From Podarcis cretensis (taxonomy: Eukaryota), in the NCBI GenBank assembly GCA_951804945.1, contig OX638154.1, positions 71,734,001 to 71,798,000 on the forward strand: a DNA stretch of 64,000 bases, read 5' to 3'. The notes under the pieces were generated by a model, which was not told where the DNA came from, ran no database searches, and saw nothing but the letters and a program-made list of their open reading frames with translations. Made by a program: the position numbers and the translations under genes. Position 1 is the first letter of the stretch. Each line of letters starts with the position of its first letter. This document shows positions 24,173 through 37,747 of this stretch, piece by piece.

Positions 24173-25763
24173 TCTAACTTATTCTGAACATTTGCCTTTA
24201 ACAGAGCCTTTGATCATGCATGAAATACTGCTCTGTCCATCGTTTGCATCTGGGTGAACTTTGGAAAGGGTTACAGGGATGTGTATTTGGGGGGCAATGT
24301 GCATTTCAAACAATATGCATATTTGTCAGCCACCACAGTGTGAAATTTGGACTCTGGGAAACAATCATTCCCATTCCCAAAGCCTCTCTAGAAACTCTTA
24401 AAAAGGTGGAAATTGCACGATGCGACAAGCACACATTATTTGGGAAAGTTACGCACTTGTACGTCTGAGAGATATCAATGTCATCTGTGGCCTTCAAACT
24501 CCTCGCAGGTATTCAGCAAGTCCCTTCTGGTCCGACCCATATCCGCTGCTGCTTAGCTGGCCATTTATTTTGGCATCGCGCGACACACATTCCTTTTAGA
24601 AGTTGTGTTCATATTTAAATCTAAAACGGCCCTTTCCTGAAGTACCGATGATTACAAAGGGTTTGAGACAGGCAGCAATTGCTCTTCATAATGTCTCATA
24701 GAACTTGCCCTGCAAGGCTCTCGTTTTTTGACTTGCGGCGAGGGAAAGGGAAGGCTGGACAGGGAAGAGGAGGAACGCAGTGTCCTCCTATTTCCGACAA
24801 GTCAAGTATGCTGCCTGTAGATACATAATGCATGCGTCTTGCAGGAGGAGGCAGGATCTCCTATGCTATGTTCTATAGCAGGGATGGGGAACCCTCCACC
24901 TGCAGCTGAATTTAATCTGGCTCCTTCCTGCTTATCAGCTGGAACAGCTTAGCAGGGGGGGGAGAGAGGGAAGACAGGGAGGGCTATGGTGAACTCCCCA
25001 TGCACAAGCACTGTACCCCACATGGAGTAGATCAAGCCCAATGCTTTTTAATATATGTATATAAATATGTACAAAACAAAAAAAAAAGTTAGAAAAATAT
25101 TTAATTTCTTTTCACTTTTAAATAATTGCTGGAAAGTGTTAATGCAGAAATACATTAATATTTGTACATTTAAACGTTTTCATATATAGCTATATAGGTA
25201 TATATAAAAAGCTTTTTTTTTATAGCAGCCTTTGCATTGCAAGTGAATAAGGTGTCAAAATATGGTAGAAAAAAAATGATCTACCTACAGTTTGCGCTGC
25301 AAATTATCAGGTAAGCAGCAATGTTAATCCTCCCTTTCTGGGAAAACATCTGTACCAGGGCTAAAGTTTCAGGAACAAATGAGTGCTGTTCCTGTTGTAA
25401 CGTAGACAGAGATGGTGCCTTGCGCACCTTGCATAAATTGTCCAGACTTCCTAAGTGCATAGTACCTTGAAAGGGAAACGGAAATTCTGCAATCATCTCA
25501 TGAAAAGTAACGTACCATTTTAAACCCAGAAGGGCCAACCCGAAACCATCCTCAACAGAGAAGAAGGAAGGGGGAGGAAAATTACAACAAAGCAATAAAC
25601 AGATTGTGTAATATGAATGCACTAAGCCCACGGTGGATCAAAATCACTGCACGAAGCAATGGAAATAACAGCACTGCACCCGTCTCTCTTTTGGGGAAGA
25701 AACAGGGGGGGGGGAGAGACAGCAAAAAAAGAGAGAGGAGGTATTGCAGGGGGAAATTACTTA

Positions 25764-26254
25764 TCAGTAACTGATGTTGAGCTTGTTTTTATTGAGTTCC
25801 CGTTCCAGGTTTCCTATCAGAGTATCAATGCTTTCCTGCAGATCTTTGAGGTTTACTCTGTGGTTCCCTGCAGAATCCATGGCTTGCACCGTCAAATAGG
25901 CCTGAAAAGTGTGTTCTTTGGACATGCAATGGGGCCGTTCAGCGAGCTTCTCCGAGCCATCCACTCTGCCACTGTCATCGCCACTTTCGGCATCTTCCGA
26001 AGGAACATCATCATAGTCTGCTTCGTTCAGGGCCTCCTTGGGGCTGACAAAGTAGCTCTCCCCACAGCCACTCCAGTCTCCGGCATAGCGGTTGCTTGAA
26101 GGGCTATCCAGTCTGGCTGGCCGGGACCTGAGGATGCCTGATATCTCGGTACTGCTCAAGTTCAACATCTGAGGCCGCTGCTTCTTAGGTCTCAAGTAAT
26201 TCACAGATGACTGCTGCTCAGACAATGCAGATTCCTTGACAGCTGAATGTTGCA
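25764..26254 (-). CDS. SYDE2: SYDE2 terminal coding exon (V)QHSAVKES...NRYAGDWS...[14 protein letters not shown]
   Basis: tag acceptor; TGA at 25766-25764; 491 nt. Confidence 0.96.
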
Positions 26255-27079
26255 CTAAGACAAACAGCAGTTTTAAGACATGTTAGCTGAACGGTGTATA
26301 TGACAAGAAACCAACAGTGTTAACATTTGCATTATTTCTCTCTATTTATCTACAACTGGAACATGCATGTATGCATGCACACTTAACAGCCAAAACATTC
26401 TACTACTGGGGTAGTGGAGCTAGCTAGTAATCCTATATTAGGAGGGGGAAGCCTGGGAGAAAACGTTCCATCTCAAAACTATCATGCCTTAGTCCACCTG
26501 CAACTGCAGGAGTCTGTTAAATTTTCTAAGCGCCTCAATGAACTCTGCAAGTTAATCACAAACCCGCAAACGCAACGCAATTCAAGTGAGGGCTGGGCTT
26601 TCATCTGCCATCCACAATCAGCTGTGTAAGACAAAAGCAAGGCCCGGCAAGTGTTAAAACAGCTTGCAAATATAGCCACCACTCTAGAAAGCTGACCATT
26701 TTGGATCCAAGTGTGTGCAAAGCCAGCCGAAGCTTTTCAAAGGTTTCTTTCCCCCCCACCTCTAAGCAGCCATATACTCCAGCTCAGAGACAGTGGTGGG
26801 GAATACATGCAGCACACATCTGACAATTTTTGTTACCTGAACTCATGGATCTACACCCCAAGAAACTAAGTCTCCTCTGGTTACCGGCTCCCTATGGTTA
26901 AATAGTACAAATGTTTTATTGACATCTGACGGCTGAATATTTCAACTGTAAAATATCTTTATCCCATGGTGCTTCTACCATCATGCCATTTTTGTTCAAT
27001 TTTAGCTGTTTGCTGACTGCAATATGGAACATGAAAGGGGCATAATTCCTCCCCCAAATGCTTAAATACTTGCTAAGGT

Positions 27080-27320
27080 TAGGGCTGGGCGATCTATCAT
27101 CCAAATCTGAAGTCCATATCGTGATATTGGTTTCATAATTGGTAATTATAATGTGCGTGCGCACGTGTGCTATACAAAAATCACGATGCGGGGAAAACAT
27201 GAAGCCAGCCAATGTCTCTACATAGCTCCATCCTTATTTCACACATTGCGATATGTTGGTATATTGCAAGGTTTAGCTGGCGATATATAACACGATGTTG
27301 AAAACCAGGTATCACCCTGG
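27080..27320. mobile_element. hAT-like MITE (TAGGGCTGGGCGAT terminus)
   Basis: Typical left end with repeated gatat/atatcg subterminal motifs; right end degraded. Confidence 0.5.
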
Positions 27321-30271
27321 TGTGGCTAAAGGATGAGGGAGAAGGAAAGGCTATCAACAGAGAACTATGGAAAAAATGTAGGTTGTCATGATCCAGAAGA
27401 AACTGAGGGGACCTGGTAGCAGTGCTTGAATCTGGGACTGGGGTGAGGGGGAAAGGGGGCCTGTCGCCACCACATTTTGTGACAGGGGCTGACTTCCCAT
27501 CTTCTGTATTTAGAAGTCTACAGGAATGGGGCACCGTGATTTGGAGAAAACTGATGAAAGTCTGAGGTGGGCCTTGTGGATTTCATGAGAGTCCTCCGCT
27601 ACCTTTCCCCTCACAGTTCAAGCGCTGAGTAGGACTAATCCAAGTCTGCGGAAACATCTTATTTAGGCATGAAGAGGGAAGATAACTGGGCTAAGAAAAA
27701 GGGGAGGATAGGATCATGCATGGCATGGCAGACAAGTGAAAGGGGAAAGGGAGAGAGTTAGACCTTGTTATGCTTTGACAGTTTGATAGACAGAAGGGGT
27801 CTTCTTGCATTTCATACTTTAAAACTACAGTTTGAGCCTCTCACAAGGCATGTGTGTCAGATATGATTCTTGCTAATATGGGAAAGGATGCAGACGTTAA
27901 CGTGACAGAACATTCTGGCAAGCGTTGGTTTGGCAACTATATTACAGAAAGCCAGTGTTTTTTGAACTAGTTTTTCCAACCGTGCAAACTCCCCATCCGA
28001 CATCCCACACTGAAAAAAGAAGACAAATGAACACACAGGGGCCATCTCCCCATAGATACAGTACATGGCCAGACAGTCCAAAGGCCTTTGCATCAGTGGC
28101 GTGCCATGAAATTTTTTGTACAGGAAGAGTTAGGGCCAGAGGTGCCAGCTTGCCAAGACAGTGGGGTGACATCACACACAAAACGTCTTGATGTCCTAAT
28201 GTCACACACATGGGCATCGTGTCTTCCTCCCTAAGCTGGACAGAAGCTTCCTGAGCTTTGGGAAGAAGGTGACAGGGCTCTGACAGGATGCTGGAGTCCT
28301 CCTGCCTGTTTCCCAAAACTGAGAACTAAAAACAAAACAAAAAAAACCCCACAACAAAGCGGCAATTCTGCAAAAGCTGCTCCTTCAGCCAGATGACTTA
28401 ATGGAGTCAAAGCAGAGTGATGTTGGCAGTTGTGTTCATTGTGCTCTGCAAACAGCAGAATGGTCTCTGCCAGAGCATTCCGTATTGTCTGCAGAATCAA
28501 ATTGCCAACCAAGGAGCCTTTTCAGACGATTTCCAGATGGTCTAATTCAGACACCGTTCAGGCCTATAGTTGGTCAAGCTGAAGGGCTTGATGGAGATGG
28601 AGGACTTTAGTGAGGAAAGCAACAAGGGACTGAAAAATCTGTAGTAGTTTTCTGGATTGGGGCATGGAGAGGATCCCTCCTCCCTTCAAGTTCTCTGAAG
28701 ATGAATATTCTCTGTGCCTCTCATATTTTTGAGGGAAATGGTGAGTCTAGCTACCCTTCCAAGAAAAAAAAAAGAGAGAAAACGTTTCCACTGATGAAAT
28801 ATTGATGTTGACTTGTGTTGAAAGTACGCGTTCCTTGGCTTTGAAAGACAAGGTCAGATTCTTTGCAGGGTCACCAGATTACAAGAGCACACTGCTGTGA
28901 TCCTCAGCCACGTAAGTCACTGAAAACCACCACAGAAGTCACCACCAAGAGGCTCAAAAGTACAACCGTAGAGGTCAAAAGTAAAAAAGCAGGACATGTT
29001 GTTACCTGCAAGAAAATGGGGAATAGGAGGTTCTCTTCTTTTTTAAAAGAAAAATTGCAGACACAGCATTTGCAGTAGTATGTGAAGAGTCAAATCCTGC
29101 CCATAAACAGCACACTACAAGCTGAGAACTCCCTGCAAAAGCAAGCCTTATTGGTGGGGATATGTCCAGTTATTAGTCTTTAACAATTCGGCGTTTTTCT
29201 TTAAGAAACCAGGAGTGGGGAGAACCCTCCGCAGCAACAAAAGCTCTTCTGTTTAGGCTTTGCTCTCTTAAGGCAAAAGGGTCATGTGTTAAACCTTAAG
29301 TGCCAGCGTTGTTGAGCTTTCCTACTGAACAAGGAGCATGTGTTTTCCATTTAAAAATTTAAAAAACCCACGAGGAGCACAAACATGGTTATCTAGTTTT
29401 TCAGATCCATTGGAGGCGTAATCTCTGAGAGCTCAAGCTCTGGCTTTTGGCTCCTTCGTTGGAACAGAGCTCACTCCACAATGTTTAATTAAATTCTTGA
29501 AGAGCCGAAAGACGCTGTACAGTATCATGCCTCTACAAGGAGTTTTTGCAATCCTCTTGTTTGTGCCACGGTTAGCTTCCTTGACAATAATCGAACACAC
29601 AAAAAATTATATGGCAAAGCAGTCTCCATACATTCTGTACGTTTATAACTCCGACATTCAAATCAGAGATTCATAAATCCTAGGCAACCAGCCACAGCCC
29701 TCATTTCCTGGGAAAACATGAGGATTTGTCCAATTACGGAGACTATCTCAGCTTCCACTGACAGCACAGCCACATCATGGTTGCAACGAACAGACCTTGA
29801 AAAGCAAGGCTGCGAGTTATAGCTAGCATTATACATGTGACCACCAGAAGATGCTGTTGCTTAGGAGCAGACACATTACTCTGAAGGCACTTTCTTCTTT
29901 CAGCCTGGCCTGCCACAGCAGTTCGGGGAGTAGCTGCCTTGAGAGGTTTCCGTTGAACCTTTTGTGGGAAAGGTGGTGAATGAACTTGTACAGCAACTAG
30001 GGCATTGCAGAAGCTCTCACTGGCAAGGAAAGACAAAAGAGCACCGAGAATTTGGAGGGATGCTCCTTGCACTTATAGAGCAGCAAACAGAATAGCTCAG
30101 AGGACAGCATCAACAATGGTATTTCGTGGCACGTGGACAGCAAGTGAGCGCTTCTAAATGTTTGGGGTCAGTTAAATATTTTTGTCTTCATTGCATTCGT
30201 GCAATAGTCTCCTCTGCACCCAATTCAGTGAAATTTAATTGCAGATCTGCACTGTGTCCTGCTTGCTGGAC

Positions 30272-30411
30272 TCATAGAATTGTAGAGTTGAAAGGGACCC
30301 TGAGGATCAACTAAGTCCAACCCCCCCGCAATGTAGGAATATGCAGCTGTCTCATACGGGGATCAAACCTGCAACCTTGGCGTTATCAGCACCACACTCT
30401 AACCAACTGAG
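30272..30411 (-). mobile_element. tRNA-Ile-derived SINE with CR1-type 3' tail
   Basis: Minus strand ctcagttggttagagtgtggtgctgataacgccaaggttgcagg..gatccccgta then ttcctacattgc..ttggac..aactctacaattctatga. Confidence 0.8.
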
Positions 30412-31523
30412 AATGTTAGCACACAACTCCAGACAGCTACGTTGCTATTCACTGGGTGGATCAACCGGTGGATGAAGAATATTCCACATTACTGCACAGA
30501 TTGGAAATGGAGATATTGTTGCTACATAAACCCTGGAAGGCCATAAATACCCATTTCTAAGAGTGGGCTGCGCTTTCAGTACATTACCAATTGACAAGCT
30601 GTAGCACAGTGAAGCTAGGGTTCTGCCCTGAATACCCAATCTTTCCTACCATCAAGGTTTGATGGTAGAAACTGGAATGGTAGGAGATGGATACGATTTC
30701 TAAATGTGGTCTAGGCACCCAAAAGGCAGTTGAAGCAGACTTGCCCCATCCACTCTATGGTCCATATCAGCAACGACTGGAACTAGTGGGTAACACAGGT
30801 GGACCCTCCATCTCCTTAGGGAAGCTTCAGATGACTCATCTGATCTGGCAAGTGATGCCACAAACCTATTGTGAAATGAGTTTCACTTGATCACAGCTGA
30901 CCTTAACAGTTGTCATTAACCAGTCTTAGGATCAAGCCTTCTTAAGTGTGGCTCATTCAAAACTACAAAAAGGCAGACAATCGAAAACACACTTATGCAG
31001 AAAATGACAGTCCTCCCTGTACACAGCCTTTCACAGACTTGCCTACTTAATCTGCTGCGATCATCAGCTTTATTCCTGACTACTGAAGCAGTTCTGCTTG
31101 AAATGGGATTAAGAGCTTGATATCAAATATTTCTGGCTCCGGACAGCATTCTGGAAATATTCCTAAGGCATAAGTTATTTGCTGAGGCACCAGTAATCGG
31201 CAATGGAGAAAAATACTGAGAGTGTGTCTTTTGCTGAAACCACCAGAACTATATGGTGATGATGAGCATTCTGAAATATCACAAGCAAACTCTGGATTCA
31301 TACCTAAAACGGCATTTTTTTCCTATGCTATACATTAGGGGTGGGCGGGGGGAAGGAACACTTCAACATTCATATTCTATTTATCCACTTCCTTTCCTCT
31401 AGTTGGCATGCCAAAAAATAAAATAACCACCACATTTTTATTTAAACCCGTTTGCATCACCTTTCTCAAATAAACTCAAGAATAATATACAATAAATAAG
31501 TGAATATATAAAAATAAAGGTTA

Positions 31524-32050
31524 GAACATTTCAACTTCCCCATAACACAGTTACTGACCTTAAGGTGGCCATTCTCAAGCAAAGGAACTTCAGGTGGGAA
31601 ACTCCAGCTTGACGCCTGCTGAATTACAACTTATCAAGAAGTTCGGTCCTATCACCAGCACCCTGAATCAAGGTAACTCCACCATAGGTGTGATTAGCTT
31701 ACTCATGGCTGGATTGTGTATTTGTGTTACCATCAACACTGCTTTGTGAATGGTCCTTGTTACAACTTTACATTCATTCCGACTTTAATGTAATTGTCAC
31801 ACTATGCAATTTGTGATTTTCATTTGCCTCTGACCTCAATGCTTATAATACTGTTTCCTCCTCTACAACAGAGGTGTGTGTGTGTGTGTGTGTACATACA
31901 TACATATATACACATATATATGTACCTATACTTGCCCATTTAGGGCATCAGATGAAGTGGTCCCTACTCTGCAAAAGCTAAGCCGTAATAAATGTACTAA
32001 GACACTCTGGTTTGTTTGGTTTTTTGCAGCAACAGACTAAGACTGCAATC
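31524..32050 (+). mobile_element. Penelope-like element 3' remnant (GIY-YIG C-terminus + pseudo-LTR)
   Basis: Frameshifted EHFNFP..HS..TDLKVAILKQRNFR..AELQLIKKF..LNQ; degenerate hammerhead at 31944-31984; end gcaacagactaa. Confidence 0.75.
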
Positions 32051-32359
32051 CAAATCTGTCACAGCTGCTGCTACTGAGGCCCTGCAGGCTGCATCAGGTT
32101 TTTTGCTGGCCAGTGTCGGCCCTGAGAGCAGCCTGGGCTCTAGCGGGGTTGGCTCAACACTGCCCTGCCCTTGGAATGCCCCATTTGAGGGCTATCCACT
32201 GGGCAAACCAGTGGGGAACCAGCTGAGTTGGCAGAAGTGAGCCTAGGAATGCCTCCCTCCTCAGCCCAGCTTTGGGGTTTGGATTACAGCCCAACACAGC
32301 TCCCCCTCTGCAAATAAAGAGTTAAATTATTTCCAGATATTCTCCTCTAAGACTTTTAC

Positions 32360-32591
32360 CTGGCCACAGCTGGAGGAGGTAATGCAAAACCTCTATGTGT
32401 TTTTTGAAATCCAAGGCACTGGCAAGCTCTTCTGAATCTGTGAAAACTCTGTTGTTGTGATTGGTGGTTTCCTGCCGCTGGCTCAGTAGCACAGGCCCGA
32501 AACACACAGCTAAGTTCTGGCATGTCATTCTGTTTACTTCATGGTACGAAGCCACTAATTTCAGATGGTCCAACAGCATCCTTAGAGTAGC
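32360..32591 (-). CDS. SYDE2: SYDE2 coding exon 6 [36 protein letters not shown]...HYLLQLWP
   Basis: tag acceptor, gtaaaa donor; 232 nt. Confidence 0.96.
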
Positions 32592-35394
32592 CTAAGAATA
32601 AAATAAAAATGGGGTGGGGGTGGGGAATAATTTGAGTTAGTTAGTTTCAGGGTGGGGGGGGGAGAGGGTTTTTGTTTTGTTTCTAATCCACTTGAAGAAG
32701 CGGGCCTTTTCACATAGCCACAATATTGTCATTTATGCACGATGCCAACAGTCAACAGAAGATAACCTTTCGATAGTACCTTTTTGTGTGCCACGTAGAA
32801 GGGCGCAGATAACTGGTGTTTTCGCAGCTGCTCTGTGTTCTGTAATTCCTTCTCCAGGAAAAATTTGCCAAAGAGCCCTAAGCTGCAGTCCTAAGCACAC
32901 TTGCTTGGAAATAAGCCTAGCTGAAAACAGTGGGATTTGCTTCCACATAAACATAGAATTGTGCTTCATCACATATTTGGGTGCATAATCAGTCACAGAT
33001 GGGCCATTTTAGTTACAGTTTAAAAAATCTTTAGCATGTTTTATGCTCACACTGGGTCCTCCCCCTGCTCTTTGGAAGAATTATAAAACACATTGAGTCT
33101 CAAAGTGAAGCTTTAGCTATCAAGGAACTGTTTTATTGGCACAGCAGCCCATAGGATTAAGGGCAGAATTATAACCATAATGACAGCACAGAAATTCAAT
33201 CTTCCCCCCATAAACAGCCCTGCAGCTAGCCCTGCAGGGGGCTCTTTGCCTCAGCACTTGGCTCTTCAGCAGTGGACATCGTGATAGCAAAAACCAGAGC
33301 AATGAATCTACCACAGCATGCATGGTTTCCTTTTGCAGGTGTGTGCTCTTGGCATCCTGGCCAAAGTGTCCTTTTCTCCAACTGGTACCATCACATAATT
33401 TTCTCTTATGCCAACAACAGCAACATGTGAGAGTTCCACCAAGGAACTCACCTGGCCTGGTATCCCTCCAGGATGTTGTGGGACTACAACTCCCATCATC
33501 CTTTCTGTCAGGGTGGGTGTCAAGAACAGGTCAGCGATAACTCACACGGTGACAGTAAATTTAACTCTCACAGGCCTAGTGAGCACAGCAACACTTCCTG
33601 GTAGATCTTGCCCCAATGTGGCAGTTGCAAGGACTGAAGGTCCACGTCTTCCCCCAGCTCCCTAAGTCGCTCCTCCCCCAGTTCTTTCCCAGGCAATCTG
33701 AGGCTCTCTCATCTTGCTTGTCTTTGCTCCACCCTCTTCATACTTCTTTGGGTTCTGGGAGACCAGAAGGGAGGTGAGGTGGTTGCAGAAGGGTGGGCTT
33801 CCACACCAGCCTGCCTCATCTCTGCCTCTTAGCCCCCTCTTGGATAAGGAAAGGGTAAGATGCCAGAGGAAAACACAAATATTATTTTTAAAAATAAAGC
33901 TTTGGGATTAAGTAACTCAACGTAGGGGAAAAAAGTTGCCCCTGTCTAGCTGCCGGAGTATAAAATGGCGCAGCTGGTTCCCTTCACTGGGAAGGTTAGA
34001 ATGCCCACATGCCTTGGCTGTATGTGAAATTAATTAAGCAGCTGTCTTTCGTTAGAGGTGCTTGAAAATTACAGTGGTCCAGGGATAGTCAACACGTGGC
34101 AGCTTAGCAAGTCAATAAAATCATTGTCTCCTGATATATTCAGAACAGGCACACGCATTATTGTTGACTGTCGGTTAAACATTCACAGTGTTCGGCTTTG
34201 GTCAAAATCAATGGGCCTTTCCATCAGCATTGCTGAACGATCTCGCCTTTCGTTTATTTTCAGTCACTCACAGACGTCGCACCATCTCATTCATAAACAA
34301 AATGCAGCACTTTACTGTTTTTAAACCACACAGCGCTTGCCAAAGCTGCTTTTGCCAGCATGGGGATCTAAAAGGGGACATGCATGCCTAAGAGAGAACT
34401 GTTGGGAGATTTACTTTTTATTTTCCATTGTGGAAGACAAAACGACTGTTCAGTTCCCCCCCAACCCCAACCCCCCAGTTTCTCTCTTTGGTAGTGGGAA
34501 CTGTGTAGGACATAAACAAATAATTAAAAGCAGAGCTGTAGCTGCAGGTGTTGTTTGCTGCCATGTACATATGTTCTTTCTTTGGCTCCCAGGCCCTCTG
34601 TTTACATGGAAATGATCTGCTAAGATGGAGCATTAAGTTGCTGTGCTTAGGAGATGATTTTAAACATCTGCAGTCTAAAGTTCGCTTTGCTCACTACTGG
34701 GGGCATGGCGACAGTAGCAGAACATGAGCCTCCATGCAGGACACTTGCAATCTATATTATCTAGATGCCCAGTCTGCAGGTTAGTTTCCTAACACACTCA
34801 AACATCCATCTCTAGCACACACACACACACACACGATCCAGGCAAACAAGAAACATTATCAGAGTTCATGGATCTATTTGAGAAGGATTTTCACGCTGGA
34901 AAGGGTAGGTCTGTGAGAATAGTGGTCTCTTTAACACTCTTAACCCAGCACCCTTAAAAAACTAAGGTTCTGGTCATTCTATTCACTGTGGTGGAATTAA
35001 ATTTCACAGAGTTTAATTTCAGATTTACAGGCATCTCTCCCCATGTAGTCGAGAAATATGGCTGTCATGATTTCAGACTGGATGCTATTATTTAATATTG
35101 TTTAGGTTCTGTATGCCCTGGTCCTTAGGGTGGATATATTATTGAATTTTCTGTTATATTTTCTGTAATGCAAAGACAAAAACAGCTTAATATTGCCATG
35201 AATAAGAATGGGTTCACTAGACTGATGTAACTACCCGCTAAGCAATATTTTCAGACGCCCCTGTTGTATGATTCATGTAGTCCAACACCTTATGGAAGAG
35301 CCCATTTGTCTCAGGTCATGATGCAATCCATTTTCTTTAAAACGGATTTGGAATTTAATATGCCATCTACAACAGACCAGTAAACGATACTTAC

Positions 35395-35576
35395 CTTCTC
35401 CACTTCTGGAAGGCAATCCAAGAGAGCCACGGTATGCTCAGAATCACCAGGGTTATTATCACATCCATTCGCTGTCATTTTCAAGGGCTTTTTCACCATG
35501 GCATCTAACACAGCTTCGTAGAGTTGTTTGGTTATCAAGGGGGAAGGCAGCTCTCTTAAATAGTCCTTGAGAACAC
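35395..35576 (-). CDS. SYDE2: SYDE2 coding exon 5 (G)[22 protein letters not shown]...[10 protein letters not shown]
   Basis: aag acceptor, gtaagt donor; 182 nt. Confidence 0.96.
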
Positions 35577-36119
35577 CTTCAGAAGAGATGCAGACAAGGT
35601 GCAATGAACAAACTGCAACGACAGACGCCAGCAGGCACCTCCCTGCACACACTGTGAGCACATGTACAAAGCACAAGGGTGCCACTCCCAGAGCATCCCA
35701 GAACCTCAAGACATGTATGTATGAGCATATATCCCAAGGCATGTATGCATAAGCACATGTGTTACAAATGGCCCATTTTACATATTATAAAATCCTGCAA
35801 ATAATTCAAGTTCTCAGATCTCGCAACAATTGCTAATTCCGATTTTTAAACCTTCCCTCACGAATTCTGTATTCAATGTTTGCTAATGGATGGATGGCCA
35901 AAAAGAAAATAGTATCTAATAATTAAATAATACGGGGAAGCTGTCACAACACTATAATGCTTTCCATTTCAACGTCGGATGAGTTATGCCATATAGAATT
36001 CCAAAGAACTGGGCATTCAGGGTAGAATGCAATGACTGGGACATTTTCCTTTTCTGCATATTCTGTTTTCCCATTTTGCTTTATCCTCTTTGATAGTGCA
36101 ATACTCTTATGGAGCATGA

Positions 36120-36275
36120 GAGATACCTTATACTGAGTCCATGTCCTTAGTGTTGTCTACAATGATTGGCAGTGGCTCCCTAGAGGACATTCCTAGCCCT
36201 AGTGAGGGATGCCACTGACTGAACTTGGCGATTTCTCCATGCAAAGCCAATGTTCTATCCCCTGAGCTATGGCCC
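36120..36275 (-). mobile_element. Old tRNA-derived SINE (tRNA-Ala-like head)
   Basis: Minus strand gggccatagctcaggggatagaacattggctttgcatggagaa. Confidence 0.55.
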
Positions 36276-36964
36276 TTTCAAGACTACCATTCACCATATC
36301 AGGAAATCTTGTAGTACCAGTTCTTGAATACCGGCAGAAGAAAAAGTACTGTGTTAACTTTACCATTGTGATGCTATTCAAAGCCCAGAACTGGCGCTCA
36401 CACAAAAAAACCACACCCTAGGGAGACAAATCTTTACAGCCTGAAGCAGCTGCTCAAACCTAAAGCAGCAAAATGAGGATCAGCCGGGCTGAAGGGAAGA
36501 AAATTAAGCTTGCGTTTAGAACTTTTTACACTGTGGTTGGGTCTATACCCACAGCAGAACAAGGTGGCAGAATGGATTATATCATGCTTCAAGCTAGAAG
36601 CATGCTGCTTTTAACCACTCCTCTACTGAACTCCACCACCCCCTAGAAAAACCCAAACACATACCTCCATGGAAATATGAAAGTAAATCATTGAGAAGAG
36701 TTCTAGTCTACCTTTTTGCCTATTGTGCTGATCAGCTTGAAGCAAGCTCTCAACACATTGGAGCATTCAAAAATTTAATCCCCCCGTTTCTAGCAACCTC
36801 TGGTCTGAAATGATACCATCGATTCTACCGCCTCGTCCTGTTGCATCTGTAGACTGGACCTATGATGCCATCTTCCACAGGAGTGTGGAATGTGTTGTGG
36901 CTGTGGAAGAGAAACTGCATCAAGGAGCCAACAAACATTTCACCCGCAAACCAAAAATAGAGGG

Positions 36965-37244
36965 TGTCAAAGCTGCCCAAAGCTGCTCACAGAGGACCAG
37001 CGCCAGGTCGTCGTTATATACAAAAGTCTTTATTGAAGTTCAGTTTCCATTCCAAAGCCGTAGCGCGCAGCTCTACGTCTTAAACCCTAGACCGCCGAAG
37101 TTCCGTCTGAATCTCCTCCCCCCTGACACCAGTTTAAGATTCTAGCCCTGCTCCACCTCTTCCTCTGCTCTCTTCTCCTCTGGGTCCTCCTGTCCGCTGG
37201 GGCATTCCCCTTTCTGGACTCTTCTGACGCTGAGTCCCCTGACA
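36965..37244 (-). mobile_element. Solo LTR (280 bp)
   Basis: TGTCA...TGACA termini, perfect 5-bp TSD GAGGG (36960-36964, 37245-37249), AATAAA on - at 37034-37029, retained CpGs. Confidence 0.85.
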
Positions 37245-37747
37245 GAGGGTTTTTGGGTTTGTTTGTTTGTTGTTTTTTTTAGCAACTTCTTAATTCCTCT
37301 GCTACAATTTAGAACAGTTTGTTGTCTATAGGTTTCTTTACTCTTGTTAGCCAAGTGTACAGAGTTTTAAATGTGGTGATGAGTGCTACAGGGCTGTGCA
37401 CTGCGGTTGCCATAGCTTCTGCAGCAGGGACCTTTCACTATGTACATCACACAGCTTCCACATGTTCGACTGCTCCCCACTGAGTACGCTTTGGCAGACA
37501 CGGTGGAGGCAGGAGAAGCCATGCAATACTGGAAAAAGAGATAAGCAATCAACCCTACCCTTGCCCTCTCTTCACATAAGTAACATGCCAAACACCAGCA
37601 ATATTCTATCACACTAGGTTTTCCCCTTTCCAATGCAAAGCCACTACAGGAAACGTAGGATGATGAGCGCAAATGCAAATTTCAATGTAACAGGTACTTG
37701 TGCAAAAATAAATCCTGATGTCAAACACATAGCATCACATCCGTGCG

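Noticed and set aside
30345-30411. tRNA-Ile(GAT) gene on -
   Set aside because: 5' acceptor strand is missing and it is fused to a CR1-type tail; SINE.
30646-30668. 10-bp hairpin ctaccatcaa-ggt-ttgatggtag (similar one near 58547-58574)
   Set aside because: Too short to distinguish from chance in 64 kb; no supporting context.
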